Source: an uncultured virus (IMG/VR IMGVR_UViG_3300035327_000120) (Duplodnaviria > Heunggongvirae > Uroviricota > Caudoviricetes). From it: DNA of 20,000 nucleotides. Positions 1 to 7,981 of this stretch are shown here, piece after piece. A program made the translations under genes and the position numbers. Where the stretch lies: IMG/VR virus record IMGVR_UViG_3300035327_000120; one strand, written 5' to 3'. Every line of letters begins with the position of its first letter. Position 1 is the stretch's first letter. The notes below the pieces were generated by a model, which saw only the letters and a list, made by a program, of their open reading frames with translations, did no database searches and was not told where the DNA came from.

Positions 1-336
1 CCATATTACGAGGGTCGTAAATGAGAACAGCGACAACGTTGCTATTTTGACGTTGACACTTATCTCGACGCATCTGGAGTTGCGAGGGTCATCAAACATC
101 AACTCGAACAGCCGGGACATATATATCTTAGCTTTGCCACCGTACATAGACACTTTTATGTCTTGTTTGGCAACAGAGGTCATGCCCGATATTTTACTCA
201 CCTCGACGGTCAGCACACCGGAAGGCCATGCTGACTCAATCTCAATAAAATTCGGATTGAATGCGAAGCACATTTCATCAGGATAATATGCCACGGAGTC
301 CGCTACATTCAGTATCTTAAATGTCGTAGTTCTCAT
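1..336 (-). CDS. Hypothetical phage protein, probably virion-region; 3' end runs off the window
   Basis: Not in the ORF track. ATG at 336 overlaps the TGA of 333..827 (ATGA). Frame is open to base 1: MRTTTFKILNVADSVAYYPDEMCFAFNPNFIEIE... Confidence 0.75.
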   Translation of the reverse strand, partial: MRTTTFKILNVADSVAYYPDEMCFAFNPNFIEIESAWPSGVLTVEVSKISGMTSVAKQDIKVSMYGGKAKIYMSRLFELMFDDPRNSRCVEISVNVKIATLSLFSFTTLVIW

Positions 337-827
337 TCCAGTATATTGTTTATTTCGGCAAGGCTCTCCGCAGTATAAAGCATGAGTTCCTTACTCATCA
401 GTTCTAATTCTTCATTCACAGCCGTGGTGAAAATGTCATTGAATTGCTTATCTCGGAACAGCTTTGTGCCGTCAGTCATAATCTTATGCGCAATGGCTCC
501 GGCAAAGGAGTTCAGGCCACGTTCATGCGGAGTGTATTTCGTGTTCCTCCGCTTCGCAGGGATAGGAGCAACAGATATTCCTTTGTCTATTATCCATTGT
601 CGTATGATGCCGACAAAGCCTTTGGGAACTTTACCACCGGCGCGGCCTCTCTCCATTGCGAGGAATGATTTACTGCCATACAGCGTACCAACATTACCCG
701 ACACAGACACGGTCAAAGAGTTCACTGACCGACCACTGGCATTTCTACCATAGTCGGCCATAGCCTGCGCGACCCTTTGGCGCACATTCTCTAAGTGGAG
801 TTGGAGGGTTTCTTCAATCGTTGCCAT
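333..827 (-). CDS. Hypothetical phage protein, possibly HK97 gp10-like tail/neck completion protein
   Basis: 164 aa ORF in the operon downstream of terminase. SGRSVNSL...FLAMERGRAGGK...IRQWI...IAHKIMTDGT resembles morphogenesis proteins; the family call is tentative. Confidence 0.6.
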   Translation of the reverse strand: MATIEETLQLHLENVRQRVAQAMADYGRNASGRSVNSLTVSVSGNVGTLYGSKSFLAMERGRAGGKVPKGFVGIIRQWIIDKGISVAPIPAKRRNTKYTPHERGLNSFAGAIAHKIMTDGTKLFRDKQFNDIFTTAVNEELELMSKELMLYTAESLAEINNILE

Positions 828-847
828 GCCGTTATCCTATGCACAAG

Positions 848-1333
848 TTATTGATTGCGTGTTTCGTCGGTGCAGATACTGATACCCTTTGTTTCCTCAA
901 GAGTCAGAGTAAGCACCACGCCGGTAACATTTTGGTCGAGGTGGTCATACAGCACTTGGTATAAGACATCACCATCAATAGGCTCAAAGAGTCCACTCTC
1001 GTTGAGGGCCTTGACAAAGCGGACAGCCAGACGCTTCATAGCCTCGATTATACCGTCATTCTTGGAGCCTTCAAAATCGAAATCAGTAACACAGACAAAA
1101 GCAATCTGTGTGTTCGGAGCATCTTTGACCTCGTTCCACTTGAATGTCAGAGTGCCAGAGGGCGGCAGAACGTATATCACCGTGGGCTTCTCGATTTTGT
1201 CAAGTTCCACATTAGCCTGCGCCCAGTTCATAAATCGATACTCTATCTCCGGGCCGAGGGTTTCAGCGATTGAGCGTATCTTACCCTCAACCGTGCCTAA
1301 CAATTCTTTGGTGTCAAATCCAGTATTCTCCAT
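848..1333 (-). CDS. Hypothetical phage protein (tail-terminator-like size and position, unconfirmed)
   Basis: 161 aa acidic ORF; its start shares base 1333 with the upstream stop codon. Confidence 0.6.
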   Translation of the reverse strand: MENTGFDTKELLGTVEGKIRSIAETLGPEIEYRFMNWAQANVELDKIEKPTVIYVLPPSGTLTFKWNEVKDAPNTQIAFVCVTDFDFEGSKNDGIIEAMKRLAVRFVKALNESGLFEPIDGDVLYQVLYDHLDQNVTGVVLTLTLEETKGISICTDETRNQ

Positions 1334-1935
1334 TACTTACGTTGCTTTTGTCGATTGATATATTGTTTGTTCAGGCGCTTCTCATACTCCTGCTGCTCGT
1401 TGTCATTCTTCATGCAAGTGTAGATGCGCACCCACGCCACGCTATACACCTCGTCTTGGTTGGTAATCCCCATACGGCGGGCGTACCAGTCTATGATGCC
1501 GAAAGTGCCAAAATTCAAGTCCTCAACGCCGGCGGCTATTTCCTCCGAGGTATGAGAGGGGGCAATCTCTTGGAATAACTTGTTGATACGATTAACCTCT
1601 TCCTTGACAAAGTTCATAAATCCGAACACGTCAAAGACATTCAGCGTATATACCTGCGGAGCCTCAATCCCCATAAGGATTTTGAACACCTCGGCAGCAG
1701 GGTCGGCGGTATTGGCTATGCGACTAAGGTCATCGAGTTGCCCGTAGGTTATCATGTTCAGATTGGCCGGAGTTTCTTTGCCACACACGAATGCCGGGCG
1801 TTCAGCGTGAGATAAGAGTTCCAGCAATTCTTTTTGATGTTCTTCTGTGCAGCAGGGCAAAAGCACAAGAAACTCCCCGTAGGTGGTGAGCTTCATACGT
1901 TTTCTCTTGCGTGTCTTATTCTTTGCCATATTCAA
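1333..1935 (-). CDS. Hypothetical Bacteroidales phage protein
   Basis: 200 aa ORF right after terL, with a C-terminal FGTFGIIDWYARRMGI motif. True start probably one of the ATGs just downstream of the listed TTG. Confidence 0.7.
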   Translation of the reverse strand: MNMAKNKTRKRKRMKLTTYGEFLVLLPCCTEEHQKELLELLSHAERPAFVCGKETPANLNMITYGQLDDLSRIANTADPAAEVFKILMGIEAPQVYTLNVFDVFGFMNFVKEEVNRINKLFQEIAPSHTSEEIAAGVEDLNFGTFGIIDWYARRMGITNQDEVYSVAWVRIYTCMKNDNEQQEYEKRLNKQYINRQKQRK

Positions 1936-1997
1936 AGTTACTTACTTAATACATTGCAGATTGAGTATTCCGGGAGATACTTAGTGAACGAGAGGGG

Positions 1998-3458
1998 TCA
2001 GTAGTTATCCTTTCTCTCGATACTGTATGTTGTCGGTTTGGCCGTGATTGGTGCCGGGCTGTCCTTCTGGAAAAATTCTACCATGCCGGTAAGAACATCA
2101 GGAGCATCATCGTGGCCATTGCGTCCAACTTTACGATAGCCCCGGACAGCATTGGCAAACTGCGGCCACCTCAACTCCCAGCCGACGGGGAAGAATATCA
2201 GATTTTGCACCTCGGCAGATCGGGTGAAAATCCTGACTTTCTTGTTGGCTCCCTGACGGAACGAAACAAATCTCATACCTCGTCCCACCGGACCGCCCAG
2301 CATTCTGACATTGCGCTCGACATTGCGAGCAAAGCCACGGCCGCCGTTGTTGCTCTCAATCTTCGCCATTTGGGTTTTATTCCTCATCAGCATTTCAGCA
2401 GTCTTAGGCTCCGTGTACTCCATAGGTTTGTCGGTGTAGAGAACATCAGTAACATACATACCTACCTTTGTTTCGATGTAGCAGACCGAACACAAAAAGT
2501 CAGAGCCAGTATCCGCAGTATCGGTGTAGTTCTTTCGCAGGCCCGGTTCAAGCGGTAAAGCCTCGTATGTCCGCAGGGTGTTATACATCAGACCCTCAAG
2601 AGGCTTGGGGTTCTGCATATACTGGGTGTCGAATACAAACTGATTGGCCGCCTCAATCTTGCGCAGTTCCTCAACGGTATGCTTAAACTCCCATAGGGCG
2701 CGCTCGTTGCCGTCCCCATCAAGTTCCAAGCAGGGAATACTCAAAACCTCCCATTCGTCAGGCTCCAGTCCCATAAGATAGCCGCACAGGTCGCGCTCGT
2801 GGAGCCGTTGCATGATAATGATTATCGGGGTATTTCGGGAGTTGACACGGTTACGAATAGTTGTCTCAAAATGCTGATTGACCTGCTCACGAGCATTGTC
2901 ATTCAGAGCATTATCAGGCTTAATCGGGTCGTCTATCACAATGGCGCCCCCAAAGAGGGGATTTTCTTCATCTGCACTCTCGACAGCACCAGCACCAAAA
3001 CCCGTAACCTGACCGAGAGAGGACGTGGCATAGACACCGCCACCGCTGTATGTGTCCCATCGGCTTTTCGTATCAGCACTGCGTCCAATCCTTATGTTGA
3101 ACAGCCGTTGATACTCTGGAGAGGTAACGATATTCTTCACAGCAACGGAGTTGTCGAGAGCGAGGTTGCCGGAGTATGAGAGGTGGATAAACTTTGCCGC
3201 CGGATTGAGCGCAAGCCCCATAGCAATGAAATTCTTGACCGCTATCTCTGTCTTTCCATAACGAGGAGCAATGTTAATCAGCAAACGCTTTATCTTGCCT
3301 TGCAGTACGAGGTTCAGTTTGTCGCAAATAAGTCGGTGATGTTTGCCTACGACGAAGCGTTTCCCGTTATTCAGGTGTTGGAAGAAAAACCGGGAAAAAT
3401 TCAGAGAGTCGCTGAGTAGCCATCTCCGCAATACTTCATCTGGAGCATATTCCATCAA
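1998..3458 (-). CDS. terL: Phage terminase large subunit
   Basis: Walker A LLINIAPRYGKTE, Walker B IVIDDPIKP, IIIMQRLHERDL, QYMQNP, nuclease-domain DTADTGSDFL and HDDAPDVLTG. Confidence 0.95.
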   Translation of the reverse strand: MMEYAPDEVLRRWLLSDSLNFSRFFFQHLNNGKRFVVGKHHRLICDKLNLVLQGKIKRLLINIAPRYGKTEIAVKNFIAMGLALNPAAKFIHLSYSGNLALDNSVAVKNIVTSPEYQRLFNIRIGRSADTKSRWDTYSGGGVYATSSLGQVTGFGAGAVESADEENPLFGGAIVIDDPIKPDNALNDNAREQVNQHFETTIRNRVNSRNTPIIIIMQRLHERDLCGYLMGLEPDEWEVLSIPCLELDGDGNERALWEFKHTVEELRKIEAANQFVFDTQYMQNPKPLEGLMYNTLRTYEALPLEPGLRKNYTDTADTGSDFLCSVCYIETKVGMYVTDVLYTDKPMEYTEPKTAEMLMRNKTQMAKIESNNGGRGFARNVERNVRMLGGPVGRGMRFVSFRQGANKKVRIFTRSAEVQNLIFFPVGWELRWPQFANAVRGYRKVGRNGHDDAPDVLTGMVEFFQKDSPAPITAKPTTYSIERKDNY

Positions 3459-3907
3459 TACTTGTTTTCGAGGTCTTGAATGAAGTCCTGAGCCTCCTGT
3501 TGTGTCATAGGTTTAGCAGACTGCACTGTGGCCGTGATTTCCTGACCCTCAATATATCCTCGGCTCTTGCCTTTGGTTTTGAGGTGGAATATTATTGCCG
3601 TGAGGTTGCCGTCATTGATAGCCTCGGTCAGCTTAGACTCCGTAAAGTCCAGCAGGGCCTCATCTACATCTTTGAGCATTTCGTCAAGTTCAGGGTGGTT
3701 GCTCCGCCAGTAGTAGAGCGTCCGTCGAGCGATATTGAGCGCAGCAGCCGTGGCCGACATATTGCCGGCCTTCTTGGAGTAAACCTCGGCGATTTTAGCG
3801 TAGGAGAAAGGCAGCTTGTGTTCCTCCCCCTGCGGTGTTCTGGTGTCTTTGGTCGAGTCCATTTTTTTATGTGCAAACTGTGAACGATTTTTTCTTATCC
3901 TATGCAC
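3455..3907 (-). CDS. terS: Phage terminase small subunit (alternative start ATG 3862)
   Basis: HTH (NMSATAAALNIARRTLYYW) and AIIFHLKTKGKSRGY motif; ATGA overlap with terL. Confidence 0.8.
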   Translation of the reverse strand: MHRIRKNRSQFAHKKMDSTKDTRTPQGEEHKLPFSYAKIAEVYSKKAGNMSATAAALNIARRTLYYWRSNHPELDEMLKDVDEALLDFTESKLTEAINDGNLTAIIFHLKTKGKSRGYIEGQEITATVQSAKPMTQQEAQDFIQDLENKY

Positions 3908-3921
3908 AAGTTTTTAATTCT

Positions 3922-5145
3922 TCAAACTCCTGCAAAGGGTTTCAGATATGAGAACGGAGCCGTCAGTTCACCCTTGCGAATGAGCGTTGCCCTCTCGATT
4001 ACTCGGTCGGGGTCAACGTTCATCAGAGCAGGGAAAACATGCTCCATTAACTTTTCTCCAAAGTTCGTCGACGCCTCTACCGGTATAGCGTTAGGCAGAG
4101 TGTCAACAGCCATTACGCCGACAGCAGAGCCGGACATAGCGTCCGTTTCCTCCCACTTGGCTCTGTCAATGCCGTAGAACGGATTGTCATGCGTAGAGGG
4201 ACGTACTGTCGTTTCCACGCTTCCGTTGATGTCGCAGGTAACGTCGCCTACCACATCTATTCTGGTAAAGCCGAGCATATCCATAGTGAGATACTTTGGC
4301 TGTGCCGGCGCCCAAAAGTGGCAGGGGATAAAGATTGTCGTTTTTCCTGAGAACTTACCAAAGTCCGAGCAGTACATATCAGGGTGAGCTTTGAAGTGTT
4401 CTCTGTCGTACTGGTAGCCGTCCTTTCTCTTTACGAGGTCAGAGGTCTTGGCCACGGTGAAAATCGGGTTATCTATCATTTCTTCAGGCATCGTGAGAAA
4501 TTCTTCGACTGACACATATCTCACGCCGAGTTCATTCAGGATAAACTGAGCCCCGGCAGAAGCACGGCCATTTCCAGTAACGAGAATACGAATGTCATTG
4601 AAGCGGTCATGCTCCAGTTCAGAAATTATCGGCCGGCCGAGGTTCAGAATATCGGCCACCGTGAATTTCTTATCCGGAGCAGGGAGATTGAACAGGTCGT
4701 TACGCAGTCCATACAGTCGGAGCGAGTTATACACGCCCATGACTCCAGCCCAAAAACTGAAAGACACAAGGCGCTTGCCCTCTCTGGTCAGATACTCGTA
4801 GTCGGTCAGGGTGATGTTTTTCTCAATCATCGCCCGGCAGAGATTTTGATTGTACGGTTGCATCTTTCCTATATGGGCGAAGAAGAAATAATGTTTGTCC
4901 GGGATAAGGCTCTTTATGCTGACTTCCTTAACTCCGAAAAGCCAATCACAAGAAGCCATATCCTCTGAAAGAACTGCGCCGGCTTTAATGTATTCCTCAT
5001 TCGGAAAAATTCGCAGACAGGAGGGTTGAACATATATCTCAAGGCCCGGATAGGTCGATAGCAATTTCTTGCACTGCGCCGGGGTTATCGGAGTGCGATT
5101 GTCAACAGGGATTTTCGTTTCCCTTAGAATACCTATGCGTTTCAT
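3922..5145 (-). CDS. Saccharopine dehydrogenase / lysine-ketoglutarate reductase-like NAD(P)-dependent oxidoreductase (AlaDH/PNT superfamily)
   Basis: IGILRETK..DNRTPITP, VQPS..RIF.NEEY..AGA, FGVKEV, FFFAHIGKMQPYN, DYEYL, Rossmann VTGNGRASAGA, GDVTCDINGS, MAVDTLP. Confidence 0.88.
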   Translation of the reverse strand: MKRIGILRETKIPVDNRTPITPAQCKKLLSTYPGLEIYVQPSCLRIFPNEEYIKAGAVLSEDMASCDWLFGVKEVSIKSLIPDKHYFFFAHIGKMQPYNQNLCRAMIEKNITLTDYEYLTREGKRLVSFSFWAGVMGVYNSLRLYGLRNDLFNLPAPDKKFTVADILNLGRPIISELEHDRFNDIRILVTGNGRASAGAQFILNELGVRYVSVEEFLTMPEEMIDNPIFTVAKTSDLVKRKDGYQYDREHFKAHPDMYCSDFGKFSGKTTIFIPCHFWAPAQPKYLTMDMLGFTRIDVVGDVTCDINGSVETTVRPSTHDNPFYGIDRAKWEETDAMSGSAVGVMAVDTLPNAIPVEASTNFGEKLMEHVFPALMNVDPDRVIERATLIRKGELTAPFSYLKPFAGV

Positions 5146-5840
5146 TCTGTCACCTCACTTTCCATTTGCTTTTTGGCGAGTTCCAAGATTTTGCAGAACG
5201 CCATGTTGCTTGACTTGATTTCGTATTTCTTGCGGATCTGCCCGATAAGCTGGAGGTAGAAATCCTCATTTTCATCACCGTCAACGACCATTACGATGTC
5301 ATTCTTGCCGTTCTGCTCGTTGATTATACCGACCAGTTCATCAAGCAGCTCCATGTCTTTGTGATAGAATACCACGCAGCATGAATAATGCTCGCTGGCC
5401 ACGGAGAAACTTACCCCCTCCGTGGTGATAGGCTCCAGTTCGTCGATGTTGACATGGGCAAAACTCTTGAAATCCACACTCTGAATTTCTGCAAACATTC
5501 TTTTCAGAATGCCTTTGTCATCTTCACCGTGAAGCGAGTTGTGAGAGAGTTGCAGAGCCACAATCTCGTCCGGGGTCATGTCAGCCTCATCAGCGTAGAT
5601 AACAGGTACCTCCCTGTACCGTAGTTTTACTGCGGCCCTATATCGGTGGTGGCCGGAGATAATAACATATCTCCCAGTATCGGTCTTTCGGTAACAGCCT
5701 ATGGCGCTGCTTAACCCTCCAGAGATACGAATGTTCTCCACGAGCCTGTTGAAATCATGCTCGGACATCTGATTTGCATTGACACTCGCCTCATCTATAA
5801 GGCTTATGTCAATAGAGGCTTGTTTCCATTTATTACTCAT
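5142..5840 (-). CDS. ParB/sulfiredoxin N-terminal domain protein
   Basis: NANQMS..DFNRLVENI...YVIISGHHRYRAA matches the ParB/Srx core; QLSHNSLHGEDD follows. ATGA overlaps at both ends. Confidence 0.85.
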   Translation of the reverse strand: MSNKWKQASIDISLIDEASVNANQMSEHDFNRLVENIRISGGLSSAIGCYRKTDTGRYVIISGHHRYRAAVKLRYREVPVIYADEADMTPDEIVALQLSHNSLHGEDDKGILKRMFAEIQSVDFKSFAHVNIDELEPITTEGVSFSVASEHYSCCVVFYHKDMELLDELVGIINEQNGKNDIVMVVDGDENEDFYLQLIGQIRKKYEIKSSNMAFCKILELAKKQMESEVTE

Positions 5841-7855
5841 TTCTTACGGCTTATAAACTGTTTGTACTTGGCGATAATATCAGTAAACTCTCCCTCGGTG
5901 CCGAGTTCACAAGTGTAGACTAAATGGTTTTTCTCCTGCGAAACTTTCTTGAATAGGCCACGGTACTTCATTGATACCGGATTGTGAGTGTAGACTTTCG
6001 TTTCACAAGTTACAAAGTCATCGAGGGTGCGCCGGGACAGGAATTTCTTCACCCAGCGAGATTTTACGCAGAGCAATATCAACTTGCTCAATCTCGGTAT
6101 GGCATTATTGGTGCAGAAATCAGTTACCAGCGAAATATCGTAGTCTTGCTTACTGAACTTGAAGCCGAAAGCCCCAAGCAGATAATCCTCATAGAACACG
6201 AGGAACGGAAAGGTTACTTTCGATACAATCTGTACCTTCTTGACATAATGCTTTTGCAACTGGAACACCACGTTTGCCGCGACGTGCCGGATTTTCAGTT
6301 TGGCAGGGTCGTCAATTACCAAATCATCTGGCGGCTCCTTGAAAGAGGGCATCTTCAACTTGACGGCCTTATACGTTACTGCGGCTTCCTTTTTGCGTGA
6401 ACAATAGAAAATTTTGTCGCCGACCGAGGCTATCTTCTGGAGGTGTTCATGGTAGGGGAAAGTGCTTACTAAGAACAGAGTCGTATTCTCCGGCAGAGTT
6501 TCCACGAGGTTCAGATACTCGGTTGAGTGAATTTCAAAACTCTCATTGTAATCGCTATGCTTGCGCAGGGCGCTTACTGCGGTTCTGCTTTTGCCGTAGT
6601 CATCAAAGTTAAAGAACACATCGCTGCCAACTTTTACAGCGTCATTGATAGTTCCAAGCCGGTAGTCGCAGTTGGTAAGGAACTCCACCATGCGTGTAGC
6701 CGCTTTGGTCGCATTTTGTATGGTGGTAGGCATTGCCGCCTGAATAGCCTCAAAACTCTTCTTGTAAAAGTCGGCCGATTTCAGATAGCGGCATATCTTC
6801 TTGAATACGATTAGGCAGGCGACCTGCTTAACTGGGTCGTCGCCGTTCAAATCTTCGAGGAACTGGAACGTGCTGTCATACTTGATGCGCAGACCCTCCC
6901 GGACAATCGCATACAAGATATGGTTAAACTCGTCGTTATTAAACACTATGAGTTTTTTCAACTTGCTCAATCGTACCTCGGTGGAGAATGAATAGGGATT
7001 TACGCACACAAGCTGATCGCCAGTGTTCTTCACTAAGACATTCAGCATGGATTTAGTCAAGTCCACCGCCGAGTGTGCCGTGGCACCGACGTCCATTTCT
7101 CTAATCGAAGAAAAGAATATCAGGGAGGGAGGCAACGCAGGAAGAGCCGAGGGTAACTTTATGGTCGATACCATTTGCTCTACCGTCTTTATGGCCCGAA
7201 AGTCATCTTCATTATGTTTCAGGGCATAATCTACATACCGATAGGCGAACATTATGCAGTTCATTATCTCCTGAAAATCGGTGGTGGTATTGAACAGGCG
7301 AAACTCTACCGTGCCTCTCACAAAGTAGGAAGCAATATTGACAAAGTGCCGGACATAGCCCTTGTTGTGGCTGTTCTCAAAGGCTCGTTGCAGTTCAGAG
7401 AATGATTGAGCCTTTTGCACTCTCTCGTAAAATTCCAGAGTTGGAGAGGGCCGGTATCTCTGCTCATCGCTGTACGGCGGCAAATGGCAGAGGTCTTTCA
7501 GGAGGTCGGTCGCATGGTAGGTCAGATAGTAGATGTTCTTCAGTTCATCGAGCGTTAAGTCGCCCACGAATATATGAACCTGAACGCCGCAGTCGCGTCG
7601 GGCTACCGCGCCATTTTCAGCGCAGCTTTCGACTACCTTACGGAAGGTGTCGAGGTCTTTATGGCATAGGTGCATGGGAGGCGTATTTATCTCGCCTCCG
7701 TATCTGGCCGATATAGTACCGCGTGTGCCGTCCGTGTTGTGGATTACCTCTTCCTCGTCCCAAGTGTAGTCAGAGGGAAAGTATATCTTTCTCTTCTCCA
7801 CGTTGGCAAGCTCCAGTTCTATGCCAAATGTTCTTTCTGTGATGCGTAGTTCCAT
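5837..7855 (-). CDS. 672 aa fusion: amidoligase (COOH-NH2 ligase, GCS fold) + degenerate DNA adenine methylase-like domain + Mom-like GNAT domain
   Basis: Start moved to ATG 7855 because the ORF-track extension lies inside a tRNA. N-term TFGIELE..TDGT..EINTPP..CGVQVHI..VN..GTVEFR is amidoligase-like. C-term FLVFYEDYLLGAFGF..LVTDF..IPRLSKLILL..TKVYTHNPVSMKYRGLF is like phage GNAT/Mom-like domains. Middle-domain call is weaker. Confidence 0.75.
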   Translation of the reverse strand: MELRITERTFGIELELANVEKRKIYFPSDYTWDEEEVIHNTDGTRGTISARYGGEINTPPMHLCHKDLDTFRKVVESCAENGAVARRDCGVQVHIFVGDLTLDELKNIYYLTYHATDLLKDLCHLPPYSDEQRYRPSPTLEFYERVQKAQSFSELQRAFENSHNKGYVRHFVNIASYFVRGTVEFRLFNTTTDFQEIMNCIMFAYRYVDYALKHNEDDFRAIKTVEQMVSTIKLPSALPALPPSLIFFSSIREMDVGATAHSAVDLTKSMLNVLVKNTGDQLVCVNPYSFSTEVRLSKLKKLIVFNNDEFNHILYAIVREGLRIKYDSTFQFLEDLNGDDPVKQVACLIVFKKICRYLKSADFYKKSFEAIQAAMPTTIQNATKAATRMVEFLTNCDYRLGTINDAVKVGSDVFFNFDDYGKSRTAVSALRKHSDYNESFEIHSTEYLNLVETLPENTTLFLVSTFPYHEHLQKIASVGDKIFYCSRKKEAAVTYKAVKLKMPSFKEPPDDLVIDDPAKLKIRHVAANVVFQLQKHYVKKVQIVSKVTFPFLVFYEDYLLGAFGFKFSKQDYDISLVTDFCTNNAIPRLSKLILLCVKSRWVKKFLSRRTLDDFVTCETKVYTHNPVSMKYRGLFKKVSQEKNHLVYTCELGTEGEFTDIIAKYKQFISRKK

Positions 7856-7867
7856 GCAAATAATGAT

Positions 7868-7942
7868 TGGAGCGAGAGCAGGGACTCGAACCCCGGACTC
7901 CGGCATGGTTAGCCGGCGCATTAGCCACTGTGCTACTCTCGC
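7868..7942 (-). tRNA. Non-canonical tRNA-Gly, anticodon ACC, A33, encoded CCA
   Basis: Minus strand folds as GCGAGAG TA GCAC-AGTGGCTA-ATGC G CCGGC-TAACCAT-GCCGG AGTC CGGGG-TTCGAGT-CCCTG CTCTCGC T CCA. Perfect 7-bp acceptor and 5-bp anticodon stems, TTCGA T-loop, Gly identity G1-C72/C2-G71/G3-C70/U73/C35C36. Confidence 0.93.
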
Positions 7943-7947
7943 ATATT

Positions 7948-7975
7948 GGCGTGAGGGCTATTCAACTCTCACGCC
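7948..7975. other. GC-rich hairpin between the DUF488 stop and the tRNA 5' end
   Basis: GGCGTGAGGG-ctattcaa-CTCTCACGCC inverted repeat; no U-tract on the minus strand. Confidence 0.65.
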
Positions 7976-7981
7976 GTATGT

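Noticed and set aside
7905..7912. Reading the tRNA as Val(AAC) with a normal U33
   Set aside because: The register shift breaks the perfect 5-bp anticodon stem, and the acceptor stem and U73 are glycine-type.
7856..7921. 22 aa N-terminal extension of the 694 aa ORF, and plus-strand ORFs 7803..8093 and 7867..8085
   Set aside because: They overlap the tRNA; the amidoligase motif begins just after ATG 7855.
7868..7942. tRNA as an integration-site (att) remnant
   Set aside because: It is full length, mid-operon, has no integrase next to it and no duplicated 3' end in the window.
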